The position numbers and the translations under genes are program-made. The notes beneath the pieces are model-generated. The model did no database searches. It saw nothing but the letters and a program-made list of their open reading frames with translations, and was not told the DNA's origin. A stretch of DNA of 62,733 nucleotides, the filler included, from Choristocarpus tenellus KU-1152 (lineage: Eukaryota; Protista; Phaeophyceae): the NCBI GenBank assembly GCA_964200185.2. It is 9 parts of 9 records of this genome, joined end to end, with 100 filler letters (N's around TTAATTAATTAA, not from the genome) between each part and the next. Parts side by side here need not be neighbours in the genome. Positions count along the whole stretch, not along the records: positions 46,539 to 56,375 come from CAXNAD020003343.1; positions 56,476 to 62,733 come from CAXNAD020008548.1; 7 more parts are not named here. One strand, 5' to 3'. This document shows, in pieces, positions 49,509-62,640 of this stretch. The first letter of the stretch is position 1, and every line of letters starts with the position of its first letter.

Positions 49509-52500
49509 CTGAAGTATGCAGGCAAGAGCAACATGACCCTCGAGCAAGGCGAAGTTGCTGCCTATGCACCCTCGCTGACCAGCATTGAAGGGTAGGAATG
49601 AAAAAGGGTGTTGGCCCTCCGTTAGTCGAGGGCCAGCAAAGATCCCACCTCTTAGCCGTGATTCCCACCTAGCAGTGCCCACAAGCATCCCACCAGTAAA
49701 ACAGAAGCAGTAGAGGAGGGGAGACAAGGTAAGGAAAAGAGAAAAAACCATCTCGGTCAAGAACTGCACCAGGATGAGCAGCAAATTTTCATGTCTGCAA
49801 CCGTACATTATTTTCTGTCCAGGAGGAGCTTAAGCACAGTTGGGTTATTGAACACATCTCATATGCGCATAAATCCGACTTTATAATTCTTACATATGTA
49901 TCACTGTGGCACCAAGATAACACTGTCATTCCATATGCACACTATGGTTACCCCATCAACCCATCAGGCACATATACAACCTAGTCAACCCTCCCCCCTC
50001 CATTTACCGAAAAATGAAGCACCAAAAAGGCAGTAGGGAAATGTGTTGAAATAGTAGCAAATTTCCTCAATTTACAACCCCCCAACACACCTTCTGGGCT
50101 TGAATGCTTCTGGCTCATGGGGCCAGAACCGCGGATCCTTGTGCATGGACATGATATCCACAACCGCAAGGGCTCCCTTAGGTACAGTCATCTTCTTCCC
50201 TTCCACAATGAATGGGGTATCGGCTGACACAAACCGGGAAGTGATTGGTACTGGGGGACACAACCTGAGACTCTAGACCCAGCAAGATAAAGGTGGAGAT
50301 GTTGCAGTGAGGTGGAGTTACGAAACACAGGCAGAGGATCATGACCCAGATGAGAAGTTTCTAAAAATGTTTCAAATTCTGGATAATATCTTCCTCCACT
50401 TATTCAAGAGCTTGTGGGTACAGTCTTGCGACCATCATGTTTTCTCTCACTACTTCTTTCATTGTACCTCTTGCACATGTCTTGGTGGCTTGGTCAGATA
50501 CAGAGTACACCACAACTAAGTAGAAGAGCTTTATAGACTGCTTGTGCGCTCAAGAAGCTCTCAATATAATAGATGTACTACTACTATGTACAGCTCTGCC
50601 TGATTCCTGGTGAGAGTTGTAGGGAAGCATCCCCTCCCCTCTCTCTGCCACAGACACCCAGGATAGGCAAAGGACTCAAGAACATATTTTGCAAGTCAGT
50701 ACCAAAAGCGATAAATGTCCTCCAAACCCACACCCAAATCCCTTTGCCACTTTCAGTCCAGAACTATGGAAAACAAACACTCATGCCTCCACCCTGACCC
50801 CCTTTCTGCATACCTCATAGAGGGTCATTGTGACAAGATTGAGGCAGTTGACCTTATCAAACGACATATCCTCTGCTCCACCCTGATTGTTACAGCGACC
50901 ACATATCTCCCAGATCTGAGCACGAACTTCTGCCTGCCAGACTGAGTGAGGGTGTGTGTAGAGGACAGTGATGGTATTGGGTTTGGTTTAGTTTTACGCA
51001 AGTGTCACACCTAATCACTCAACAAAGTACTGTTTACCACTGCAGGATCAAGCGATCGTGTAGAGGACAGTGATGGTATTGGGTTAGGAGTCAGGGAGAT
51101 AAAATCTTTGTGTTCAGGGTCATGATGAAAAAAAGGGGTGAAAATATGTCAGGATTCAGAGGTTGAATCAGACTGCACAAGTAGACGGCCTGAGATACAG
51201 TCAGGGCTACACATTAGACTGCAAAGGAAAGAAAAGGTCACACAATCACTATGTTAGTATCAGATATATGGGCACCAAGAAATCAAGTCCTATTTACTGG
51301 GGCACCTTGCGCAGCTGTTTTTTGTGCAAGAAAGGAAAGCACATCTTGCCAATTCCAACCTTTCCTAGCTATATGCAATGCATGCACTAAAAGTGACAAA
51401 AGTTAATCCCAAGCTTGTACCCACTTCAAACTGAAGATGTATAGGGATTGATGAGAACATCCTTTGCAGTGCTCCAGCAGTAAACACAAGCCAGACTTGA
51501 ATTTACTTGCCTCGTTTTCAAGAGTACAAAAACACAGGGTTTAAGGTTGGAATAAACTACAGTGATAATTCCACACCACTGGTTTCACATTGTGTTCCTG
51601 CTCATTTTTGTGTGTATGAACCACTCACTTGGTCCAATCCAAATGAGTGTAACCAACCTGGGATTTGAGTACACTGCAGAAAAAACCCTAACCTCCATCC
51701 TTGCTCTAAACTACAAAAGGTTAGTCTATCAGTGCACTTGTAGAGTTAGCCTATCTGTATACTTGCATAGTTGGAGACTATTGAGGACCTCATGCCAGGA
51801 GTTTCCAAAAAATATTTATGTAGATGTACTTATTGAAACTATCCCCCACCAACCACGAATCTTCAACCTTAGCTCTAGAGAAGTCTCTCACACCAGAAAC
51901 CCTTACTCTTCACACTTTATTGTTCTCAGAGCACCACGTCTACACCTTGGCAGGACTCAACGATCTCTATGAAATCCAGTCAATCGTTGTCACACAAGGC
52001 TTCACAGGAACTAGGAGCTGCAAGTAACACACACAAAAAATAAGTCACCTCTCTCCCCGAAGAAACATACTGTCAATTCTAGGATTCTATCAATCTCCAT
52101 GTACTTCAAAGCAACGGACCGACTTGCCCTTGCCCTAGCACTTCCACTATTTTAGATAAAGGAGTATTAAGTCAGAGTCAGGGATACTGGCCGTCCCAAA
52201 TTGGGGGCATCCTCTCTTCACTCCCTCCTCATCGCACACACCGCAATTTGCTCACGAACCTCACTCAATCTCCCCTCAAACACATAAAACAAGCTTCTAG
52301 CTTACACTCCATAACACTGCTGTACCAAGGGTCAATAAAATGTCAATTTGACAACAACCAAAACAATTATTTGGTTTGGCTTAGACACATAAAAAAATGT
52401 TGCCCTTGGAAAACTGCTTGATAAAAATAAAATCTTCTAGGGTGTCTAATCTACAGTGATTTAAAATACAAAAATAAAGGCGAATAATGGTGTCGGTTAT

Positions 52501-55500
52501 GCAGGAACACAACACAATACTTTACGAACTTTTACAGGTACAGATACAGATACTTCACTCAAGTATGGATCACAAATTGACAGCAATGTATTCTCTTGCA
52601 GCAAATGCCATAGAATGTAACTACCATTCATGTGCATGAGCTCTCAAACGTTACAGGATTAGGACTCAGTTGTGCCATGCACAGTGGACATTGACAAACT
52701 AATTGTGCTATGCAATGACAATTACCGTACACCCAGAAACAAATTGGACAAGGAGAGTATGTAGTCATGCACACATCATACACTTTATGCACCTGGGTTC
52801 TCTGCCAACAGGAGCAACGTCCAACTCAGCATATTCGCAGTAGTCTCATGCCCAGCCAGAATGAAGGTGATAGCCTTCCTCCCACCACAGACCCAGAGCA
52901 GGAGCAAAAGAACGAGAGGAAAAGGAACAGAGAAAAAATCACGGTGAACAAATTTAGTGATGGAGGCCACAGAGGGATCAGGCAGATGGAGGGGGGGGTG
53001 TAATGGGCTCAAGAAAATCAGTGGTGGAAAGAGAAGGAGCAAGAACTGAAGGCACAGTCAGAAAGAGTTGTGGACTGGAGGGGAGAAATTGGAAGGGGTG
53101 ACTCTTTGGTGAAGAAAACAAAAATTAATGTAGGCTCTAAGTCACAATATACCAGGAAGGAGGTGCATCAAGGGAGACCCTATAAAACTATACACAGATG
53201 CCCCCCCTATCTTCCTCCCATCCAAAGGCAACTTATTACCTGGTCACGAATAGCTGTGTCTGAAAGTTTGGTTGTGTCCTCACCCGCCTCTCCCTCTTCT
53301 TCCCCACCCAGCAGCAATCCAAGGGGGCTACTCTTGTTCCCTCTATTCTTGTCCAGCATCTGCACAAAATTGGGTGAAAGGATTGGAGGGGAGGGGAGGA
53401 GCTTCAATTAGAGAAAGCTCATTTGAACTCATACATTAGTGAAGAATTCAGTACTTCAGCTCTGGTGCCACAAGATGAGAGAGCAAAAGTGGCATCTCAC
53501 CATGTCCTTTTTCAACAACCACACCCAGTGTTGTTGATCAAAACTGTTCTACCACTATTCATCCCTCCTTCAACACATTCTTAACCCTGACACAATGCGC
53601 CTATTCCCCTAGAATACTGTCACCCTCTATATCAAAGCCATCAAACATAACACCAGCTTGATATCCTACAGTCCAGACCTCAAGATCCTATAGTCCAGGC
53701 CTCCCCTGCAGAAGAAACAAAACCAATCCTCCTCCAAGCGCCACAATATTAATGTGAGAATAAGACCACCAAAAGAATCACTCTGACCACAACATATATC
53801 AGTGCACACAAATCTTTCTTGAGCTCCATTGACTCTTGTCGAGAGAGTCTATCAGGTTCTGGCACCTGCATACAAAGCTGGTCAAGGCGCTTCAATTTTC
53901 TTCTGGATGATATGCTGGAAGGGAGGGGTAGCAGGTCCTTCCAGGAGCCTTTTCCTGCTGCCCTCCGGAGCAATATACGAGACAGTGATATTTCCTCCAC
54001 CATCAAGCTCTACACAATGTAATGGCAGGGGATAGAAGGGATAGTACCAAGGGAGCTGGTCAGAAAAGGCTCCATAGAGGGAGGGAAGGGTCAAGTTGGT
54101 ATTAGGTCCATAAGGAATGGTCAAAAGACGAGGAAATGAGTGAACGGAAAAAGTAGTTATGGCAAGTGATGGAGCAATCCAGCTCTCAGATAGTGGGGTA
54201 ATTCATGGAATTGGATTTATGTTCTGGGGAGAGGGGAGGGAGGAATGTAAACCTTGAATGTTAAAGCTGTTCATTCCGTTGTAAGGTAGGGAAAGTAACA
54301 CAGACCAAGTCCACAGTACCATAGGTATTGTTGGGTGGAAATGTCAAATGACGTATTTTGACCCCCCCACGTGACCGACCACCTTCCCCTAGAACTACAG
54401 AGTACACATGTACCCCCTGTAACAAAACAGCATGGATACTCTCAGCACACCACTGCTGAAAACAGTTAGCAATTTGTGAACTTTATATTTCATGTCACAA
54501 ACTCACCTTAACCAAAGCGGTTAACTCTGGTTGTAGAAGGTGCATGGAACATGCTTCACCTTTCCCAACCTCACCAGTTATGCTGCTCTTATCCCCTTCT
54601 GCCTCCATACCAAACATGGTCCGAAAGAGCATAAGTAGCGTGAGGTGCTGGACCCTCTTGGCTGCTGCTACTACCAAAGAAGGGTTCCTGTCGGATAAAC
54701 CCCACTCCGCCATGTTCTACGATGATGACGTATGTATTGAAGGATGTTACAAGGTCTGGGATAAGCAAAAACATGGAGGTTGCGAAGGCATGCCTTCATA
54801 AACCTGGGAGGAGGAAGACGTGATATGGTGTCATGATTCCCGTAGAGCAGACTCTATCGCACCCTTGCCATTCCCTCTACACCACACACCGGGTGAATAT
54901 TCTGCCACTCTCTTTCCCCTTGCTCACCTCTCGAGCTACCCGTCCCATCTCTGGAACCATTGTCTGGAGGATATGGAGGGAGAAAGCTGGATTCAGCAAA
55001 CGTCTGTGGATCTTGTGTTCAGCACCATCCAGAAGGAGTAAGCTGCTGGGACCCATGACGCGATAGAAGGCGAGGCGCGCAAGATCTGTCTTGGGAAATC
55101 TCTCGCTGCTCAAGACCATGATCTGGAAAAAGATCGGAAACCGAGAAGTGATTTTTTTCAGCACACGGACTGCCAGTACGCCTCTCTTTCTATTATAGTC
55201 CCTTGCCTTCTTAGTGTAGTCAAGCCCCACCGCATGGGACACCACCACTATGCCTGCGAGGGAGAAAGAGCTCGTTCAAGTGCGACACTGGAAGCTTGAA
55301 TCATTCCCTCTACTCTGGAGGTTTCTCCCTCCTCTGTCGATGCTTGACACGTGTAAAACTTCCCTTTCATTAAAATAGCAATTCACGTCACTTCTGTTCT
55401 CTCTCACCTGCTTAACGATCTCGGGCTCAGACACATACACGCGGGGAAGCGGCCAGACCTTGCTGAGCACCACACTTCCGTGCCTCTTGTGATACTCTAG

Positions 55501-55832
55501 GCAATAGGCCAACTTGCTGTGTTGCTCTTTTTCCCATATCGACCTGCCCAACGCGTTGAAGTTGGTGTGTTACAATCGTGTAGGTGAGTCACAAGTATCC
55601 GCATGTGGGGTTTATTTGGTGTGAGGATAAGGATTCCAGGATTGAAATCAACCGGGGATGCCTAGAACAGCTCTATAAGTTACCTCTCGCGATACGATGC
55701 GGGGGTTGGCCACACCACAGGGATACCGTTTCTCCAGCACTTAAAGACGATGTTACAAAATTGGAGGACCTTCCACAAAAAAGAGCAGGCTAGCAGACAT
55801 GAAGCCAGAAGGATTGCTGTGAGGGCGATCAT
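49509..55832 (-). CDS. Cytochrome P450. Exons 55832-55684, 55543-55408, 55122-54928, 54716-54507, 54009-53866, 53359-53240, 52874-52793, 50941-50814, 50272-50091, 49668-49509; final exon not found
   Basis: N-terminal anchor MIALTAILLASCLLACSFLWK; C-helix HKIHRRLLNPAF; I-helix AGHETT; ExxR YE|SLR; PERF-like FKPRR|W; heme motif FNAGQRGCIG. All junctions are phase-compatible. Confidence 0.95.
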
Positions 55833-56475
55833 GAATCAGCACTCCTGTTAACCCTCAACACAGAGAGGTTCAAGGAGTGATACCATTCTGTGCGTTGAGT
55901 GTTGTGGAGTATAATAGTCGTGAAGTTTAGGAAGAGGCAACGTGTTCTGTGATATTTGACATTTACAGGATAGTAGTTGTGTAATGGAATGGAAAGAATA
56001 TATACCACCGTAGAGTATGTCCAAATTGTGTGGAAAAAAATCGATTTTGTCCGTTAGAATCGAACCATACATGTCGTATATGCTAGAAACCATTGAGTGA
56101 GATCCTAAATGTTTTGCTCTCTTTTTTCCTCTCTTTTTCCAAACTGTATACAATTTGATGCCATGCATGTTTTGAAGAAGGGACTCATTAGTTGTCAAGA
56201 CACATCATAGACATGAGATAGATTTTTGACCTAACCGACAAGTTGGGAGGTGTCACAATTTTGTATTTTAAGCATTTCAAGAAAGAGCGAAAAGACATTG
56301 TTTTCTACAATTAACAGTGGATTCGCAAAATTGAGGATGGAGCGGGACTATGAGGATGGTTGTTCTGCGAAAACGNNNNNNNNNNNNNNNNNNNNNNNNN
56401 NNNNNNNNNNNNNNNNNNNTTAATTAATTAANNNNNNNNNNNNNNNNNNNNNNNNNNNNNNNNNNNNNNNNNNNN

Positions 56476-56653
56476 TGTCTTTGGGGGGGGGGGGGTGGCG
56501 GCTGTCCATTTGGGGGCAATTTTTTCATGTCGCGATTTTTGGGTGATTTGGGTTTCATACGTCGGATGGATAATGTAAATGCACTTTTCCTGATTTTGTA
56601 ACAAATGGACACCCTGGTGTAGACCCCCCCCGCTCCCCCAGATCCTTTGGTCA
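56476..56653 (+). mobile_element. MITE family B copy at contig start
   Basis: ggctgtccatttgggggc...ggatggataatgtaaatgcac...caaatggacaccctggtgtagacccc...CCAGATCCTTTGGTC. Confidence 0.88.
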
Positions 56654-56878
56654 TACTCAGAGTAGTAACCGAGCCAGGCTTTCAATATTATCCTAAAGGT
56701 AAGCCTCATTCGACTAACAGTTCGAAACCATACCCAAGTCTCCTCCCCTGTCCTTATACATCATATCATTTTCTTACTATATGTTCAACTTGGTGTTGGG
56801 GAATAAGTGGACAGTGCAGACCATTATTGCAAAGAAAATGTAAATATTGCAGCCAAAACTAGGAAGATCAGATTATAC

Positions 56879-57749
56879 CTGAACAGGATCGAGAGCTCCG
56901 AACGTATGTGAGAACCCTGCCGAGGCTTGTTTGTCCTCAAGGAGGTTCCAAAGTTTGCGAGCCATGAAGTTTGACGAATAAGTTTCTGTGAGGGTTCCTC
57001 GTAAGGTAATCACATCATTCGCAGCAAAGGGACGTGATGTGTGGCGGAAGCGAGTGGATGAAAGCCATCTCTTTGTCTCTTCCACCTGTCCCGGAAGAGG
57101 TACCAGAGAAAGTTGCGGGCATATACATGCAAAAAGTCACGATCACACAGCTGCATAGCGTCTGGGTCACGGTCGCTCAGAACAATTTTGTTGCGTGCTG
57201 AACAACCATCTGAACAATACACCCTATTTTGGTTGATCTAGCTCTGGAATCAGCAGAGTCAGCTTGCTAGACTCGGTCGATGTGTATCCCAGTGGGTGGT
57301 ATGAATTTCGCTCGCAATATCGTTTAAGTCGAAGATTGGTCGACGTTCGTCGTGCAAACATAGCATCAACTCCATCCAAATCTCGCTGCCCTGCTCCATT
57401 AGATGAGGCTATCATGCTCACGGATCGAATCAAGCATTTCGTGCAGAGGACTTGGACCTTCTTCTAGGCTCTTTGAACTTACTAAGAACTCGGTCGGTAA
57501 CACTGAAAGGTGATGGGGTGTGCTTGATGCTATCCCAACCACTCCTTCTACATCGTCCAGGACGTTCGAAGGGAGCAACGAAACATTCTTGGCTCATCAA
57601 TACGAAACGAAGGGGTGGAGACGTGTGGTGCACACAGCAGCGTTAGAGACAACATAATGTAGAATGAGATGGTGTTTCCATACCTCGCGAGCGAACATTT
57701 TTGCATGGTCGCTTGACCTGGCAACGTTCTCCTGTCCCACTATTGACAT
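56879..57749 (-). CDS. ICL: Isocitrate lyase, first two exons (57749-57684, 57085-56879); remainder beyond contig end
   Basis: MSIVGQENVARSSDHAKMFARE|VEETKRWLSSTRFRHTSRPFAANDVITLRG...MARKLWNLL...SHTFGALDPVQ is the typical N-terminus of eukaryotic long-form ICL. Confidence 0.93.
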
Positions 57750-58623
57750 GGTGATGTGTAGTATTACTCAAATGTAGGGTACTGCAAGGTCGCGCTCGTA
57801 CAGTCTGCAGCTTACAATAACTCACACGAGAGAAAACAGGTGCAATTCGATGTAATAAACTTTGAATAATAACTAGGGGAGGAGGGAGGATGGGGAGTGG
57901 CAACTCGGTAAATCTTACAGAAAACTTCAACATTCTGGGGTTGGGGTTGAACATGAAACGGTTGTTCAACGTTGACACCTCACATCAACCGTCTCGCAGC
58001 CCGCGTTCATTTGAGGCGCGATCATTTTACTCACATTCATTGGATGCGCAAAACCATTTCCCCCGCATTTTTCTAACCTTTTTCTAAGTACTTACTACTC
58101 TATTATAAGTCTGGAAGTGAGGGTTGAGTGTGACAGGTGACCATCGCGAGGATCATTATACACCTTGCAATGGATGGTGGACACTTCCGTAGCCCGGTGC
58201 CAGTAATGCTTTCAAATGGAAGGGCAGAGGCCGACCAGGTGTGGGATTATTGTCCTGTGAAATTATGATGTAACATTTTACTGTGAGAGGCGATTTACTG
58301 TGTTGCTCTCGAGTTGTTCAAAAACATCACATCTAATGGGAAACATATTTGGAGACCCTTGAAAGAAAAGTAGGTGGTGTATTTCGTTCGGTATTTGCAG
58401 ACTTTCAGTATGTGGCATTCTCCAACCTGATGCAATACTCCATCTCTCGTATTTTTTGCTGTTGTGCGCATCGTCGCCAATCTCACTCTCAGCACAAATG
58501 ATACCATGCCGTTGATATGCATGCCGAGTATTTTGTGTTACAATTCTTAACTACAGCAATCGAAACGTTCAAAACCACCTCCCCTGCTCCCTACTTTTGC
58601 TTCTCCTAAACTCTGCTGGGAAC

Positions 58624-60607
58624 ATGGGTGATGTTCGAAACGGATCTCATTCTCCTCAGATCCTATTCTTTCTTCTACGGGAGAATGGCTGGTGAGTCCC
58701 TTCCCCCCATCTCCGCCCACTTCCGCCGTAAGACACCCTTTGACGGCTGACGTGTTGTTGTTGTGGAAGAATGCAGAGAGAAGTTGAACACAGGCGTACT
58801 ATGTGTCACGTTTGAACTGCTTACGTCTTGTGTTAGACACCTCGACTGTTATTTGTAGTCCATAGCAATGAACCTATGCCCTCCATGACTATGGAAAGTC
58901 TTCGAGTTCATCAGCGATTGGTTCAACAACATGTACAAGGAAGACTGCCAGCTTATTCAATATACATCATCACCCGATCACACCTCTTTCCCATATTTCA
59001 AAGTCACAAGTATCCGGCACCGTAAACCTATGAACCCAACCAATATTGTCAAAACGAGGCTCCCACACGGAAGTACGTTCATTACTTACCCTAAACCTCC
59101 CTATTACTGATTGATTAAATAGAACAATGCTGACCCTTGAGTTCCATTCTGCCTCATCCTTTCACTTTGTTGATATTGTTTCTGTAAAAAGGGGGGGTGA
59201 TTTACCCACCTACTCAATAGTAGTTGCTATGGTCTGCCTCAGGTATACGGCCCGAGGATTGAAATAATAGTGTGGAACTAGAGGAAATATACATTTTTCT
59301 CTATGCTATTCTTTTGCTTTTACTGTATTAAAAACTCAGTTGCTCCCCTTTCCTTACTTTCGCGAGCTACTCATTTAGACCCGCGCATCTAGTTTTGTTT
59401 TATTTTTGGACGATCGTAGACCAGAGACTGGATTCTGGGGGTGGTCTTTACTGTGAAGCTCATATCAGTGCAAATAGCTCTCTCTTGTCAGACATTCTTT
59501 TGTAGGCGTGTTCAGTCCCTAAACTGAGATCGAACAACACCCCCCTCTGTGATCCCCCAGCCAAATTCATTATTCCTTGCCATTTTTGTCCCTGCTTGTT
59601 TTGCATAGCCATATTCCCCCAGGTTTGGCTTCTACTGCACAAATGACCTCAGATGCTGTCATTCAAGCGGTGGGGACGTTGCTCAGCCGGGCTACAATTG
59701 GTCGGGTGAAGGTATAAATCTGTGTTCACCCCCCCCGCCCCCCCCCCGTTTTTTTTGCACCGAGTGCTCTGAAAGAGCTTGTTCAGCAATAAGGTTGGTG
59801 TTGCTAGAGGGGCTGTAAGTCTTCATATTTTAAATCCTTCTTTGATATCATAATGTTTATTCAATTTCATTGCTAGTCTTTACTGTGAGAGTGGGATAGG
59901 ATTTGGTTTCTCTCCCTACAATCCCCACCTTACATTCAGATGTGAAGGGTCTTTCCTCTGTATATAGTGAAGCAAGCAGTTTTAATCTACCACTACTCCT
60001 GTCACTATTCAATCACAAAAGCTATACCTTACCCTTGGCTATCTTTGCTCCCCCTTCCCCTACACCATTACTTATGCGCACTCTTGTTTATGACAATAAA
60101 AAATAAGTTCCCCACTTCAGAGGCGATTAGGATGCACACGGCGGCACGACTCAGCCTTTGTGCAGCAATGGCCAGCAAGGCCAGGGTGAGTGATTTTGTC
60201 GTTAGCCACTCCCCTGTCCCCATAACCTCCCTCGTATTTTGTAATAGAACTATTGGCCGGTTTCTTGAGGTGGATCTTCTGAAGTAATGGAATACAATTG
60301 TTAAGACGTTTTCATTGGGTTATGTGTTGAAGTTATTGTGGTGTAGGTTGACATGTGTTACCTTTGCATTGTGCATAATTTTTTCTGCTTTTTTGCTTTG
60401 AACTAGATTGTAGTGTTTCAGGTGTCCTGGAGTGTATGAAATGGATGGACTAGTCTTATGTAGTTGATAACTTTGAGGTACTATCCACCAATCCACTCAA
60501 TACCCTCTGTTTCTGTGGTTGAGTTCACTTACGGGAGGGAGGGGATAATCTTATTTTGTCTTCAGGTTTCGACATTCACTTTTTCAAATGAAGATGTATA
60601 TTGCAAA
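58624..60607 (+). CDS. Possible multi-exon gene of unknown product, divergent from ICL (candidate exons ~58624-58691, 59653-59711, 60121-60185, 60566-60607)
   Basis: Short blocks bounded by pyrimidine-CAG acceptors and GTGAGT/GTATAA/GTGAGG donors; one frame joins ...GYNWSGE|EAIRMHTAARLSLCAAMASKAR|VSTFTFSNEDVYCK. No recognisable domain. Confidence 0.35.
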
Positions 60608-61140
60608 GTGAGGCACAAGAACAAATTTCTTAGTGTATGTCATGTATTCCATGTTGTGTGGGATAGACAATCAGTGAGAATCATTTCACTGCAATATTCC
60701 ACCCCCTTGATAGGCAATGATGGCATGTCTTTAAAACTAAATACCGTGCACTTTAACCCAATCTCGACTTCAGCACGTTTCCTCTGTGATGAAGTGTGGC
60801 CAGCAGTAGCAAGAAAGCAATTTCCCCTATGAGTAACTGCAAATTTCATTTTTGCTGTCATTGAGCACAAAATTGGGAGGGCCTTTTGTGCTTTTTTTAA
60901 TCATGGAAAAACCTTTCTACCTCGACTTTATTCCCCCCCCTCTTCCCTCCTGGTTGTTGTACACACTCTTCACTCCCTTCTGGCCTGGGCTCATTAACGT
61001 CTTGTCACATCTATATTGTGCGCTATGTTAGACCCTTACAATATTTGATGCGGTAGCCATTGTGTTATTATTGTCATCTCTTATTATTATACCCTTTTCG
61101 TCATTGTTTAGATACAATTACTCCTCGCTTTCCACCGGTG

Positions 61141-61213
61141 GGGGCGATGGTGAAGGGGCTAACACGTTTCGCTTGCACCGAAAAGATCGAGGGTTCAAAT
61201 CACTCTCGCTCCA
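61141..61213 (+). tRNA. tRNA-Ala(TGC), possibly a slightly degenerate copy
   Basis: 73-nt cloverleaf: acceptor GGGGCGA/TCGCTCC with G3:U70, discriminator A, anticodon stem TTTCG/CGAAA, loop CT-TGC-AC, T-loop TTCAAAT, T5 terminator just downstream; one mismatch in the T stem. Confidence 0.85.
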
Positions 61214-62159
61214 ATGTTTTTCTTAAAATAATATCCTTTTTGTTGCCTTTTATAATACTAGTATCGTTCACTATTCTCTTACATTTTTCAACACCTGATC
61301 AAGCTAAATTTTCAATACGTGCCCCCTTAATACTACGTATTAATATTAACAAACACTAATACGCGTAAGGATATGTCACTAGACCAAGTAAATATGTGGA
61401 GACAAGGCTTCCATACAATCCCAAATATAAAATATTTTGACAGAATCAGTTCAGGGCCATCAGTTTCTTCACTACACCAGGCCATGGGTTGCTCCCAGTA
61501 AGACACTTTTAAACAGCGCCGGTCCTAGACCTTCAGTGTTTTCAACGAGATCAGGCCGCATGCTGGTCCCTGTGAACATGTTTACATTGTGACCATTCCA
61601 GAGTCGACAAAGATTGCAACTGGACTGGGGCACGATCCTGCTTGTGGCCATGACAAAGATACTGAACGGATGATACAGAACTGGCACGGCCAGCTCTCAG
61701 ATCTCATTCTGATGGCTGGAATGTCCTCAATGAGGTTTTTTTGTGGTGTGTTTATACCCACTATGTATATAGGACAAGTTGGGTGTCTGACATACTTTGT
61801 ACTGGGCAGGCTTGACCGTTCTTGACTGGGGCAGCCTGACTAAGATACCCTTTCCCCAGGATTTTAGCCAGACTGGACTCCGGGTCAGCCCTGGTTAGAT
61901 ATGTTCTAATTGGACTGGTCTAGGACTGCCAGAGCTTCAACCAGACCAGGCCTTGGTCTGGTCCCTGTGAAATATGTTTTAGTGGGACCGGTTCAGGGTT
62001 GGCCTGTGACCCTGGTATGGTCAGCCAGTCTTGCTGATCTGGTGAAAGTCCTGCTGCTGGGTTTCCTTAACTGCCTGTACGCACCTCCCATTCCAAAGTC
62101 CATTGCATCGACAACACGATATGTACTCCCTCTGTCCCTCGAGTCTGCGGCGTTAAGGG

Positions 62160-62640
62160 CATAACTTCTCGAGGTGACCTCTTGATGGCAAAAAACCCCT
62201 TTTTTCTTTTTTTAGGTTGAGTTCGATGACGTCTTTGACTCGAAAACTCAAATCTTCGCCGCTTTCCCTTGTGGACGCACACCGATATGCCAATCCACCG
62301 CCGTGTCGAAAACGAAAACGCCTCCTTCGATTCTTGACCGATTTTTGGAAGACTTCTCTTGTGGCTCCTTTTCTCGAGTCAAGTGTGCAGTGCCTCGAAA
62401 CCGTCAACTTCCGTCAACCCCTATAGAACAACTTGAAGAAACTTGATCGTACCACTTGAAGAGACTTTGCCACACCCTCTCCGAAGTAGCTACGTCGTAC
62501 GCGCCATGCGTGCTCTTTACTCTCTTACCCTCCCTTTGAAAAGTGGTCCATTGCGCCGTAAGCACTCTCCCTCCAAGACTCCACTCTTTAGGAACTCAAA
62601 GAACCCCAAGTCGTTGAGACGTTGAGATCAGGCGACTGCG
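62160..62640 (-). pseudogene. Possible Copia gag remnant
   Basis: Minus strand ATSERVWQSLFKWY and ESGEDL..RVKDV resemble Copia gag (UBN2-type) motifs; broken frames. Confidence 0.3.

Noticed and set aside
5985-56475. Recurrent TTAATTAATTAA as a biological repeat or insertion site
   Set aside because: Always centred in an identical 100-bp N spacer; it is a synthetic six-frame-stop linker.
57224-57433. First exon of ICL (DAMFARR)
   Set aside because: No phase-0 donor; 57749-57684 fits with ATG and GAG|GTATGG.
15708-57749. Metabolic gene cluster (Cnx1, P450, ICL, NTase)
   Set aside because: Each gene is on a different contig; adjacency is an artefact of concatenation.
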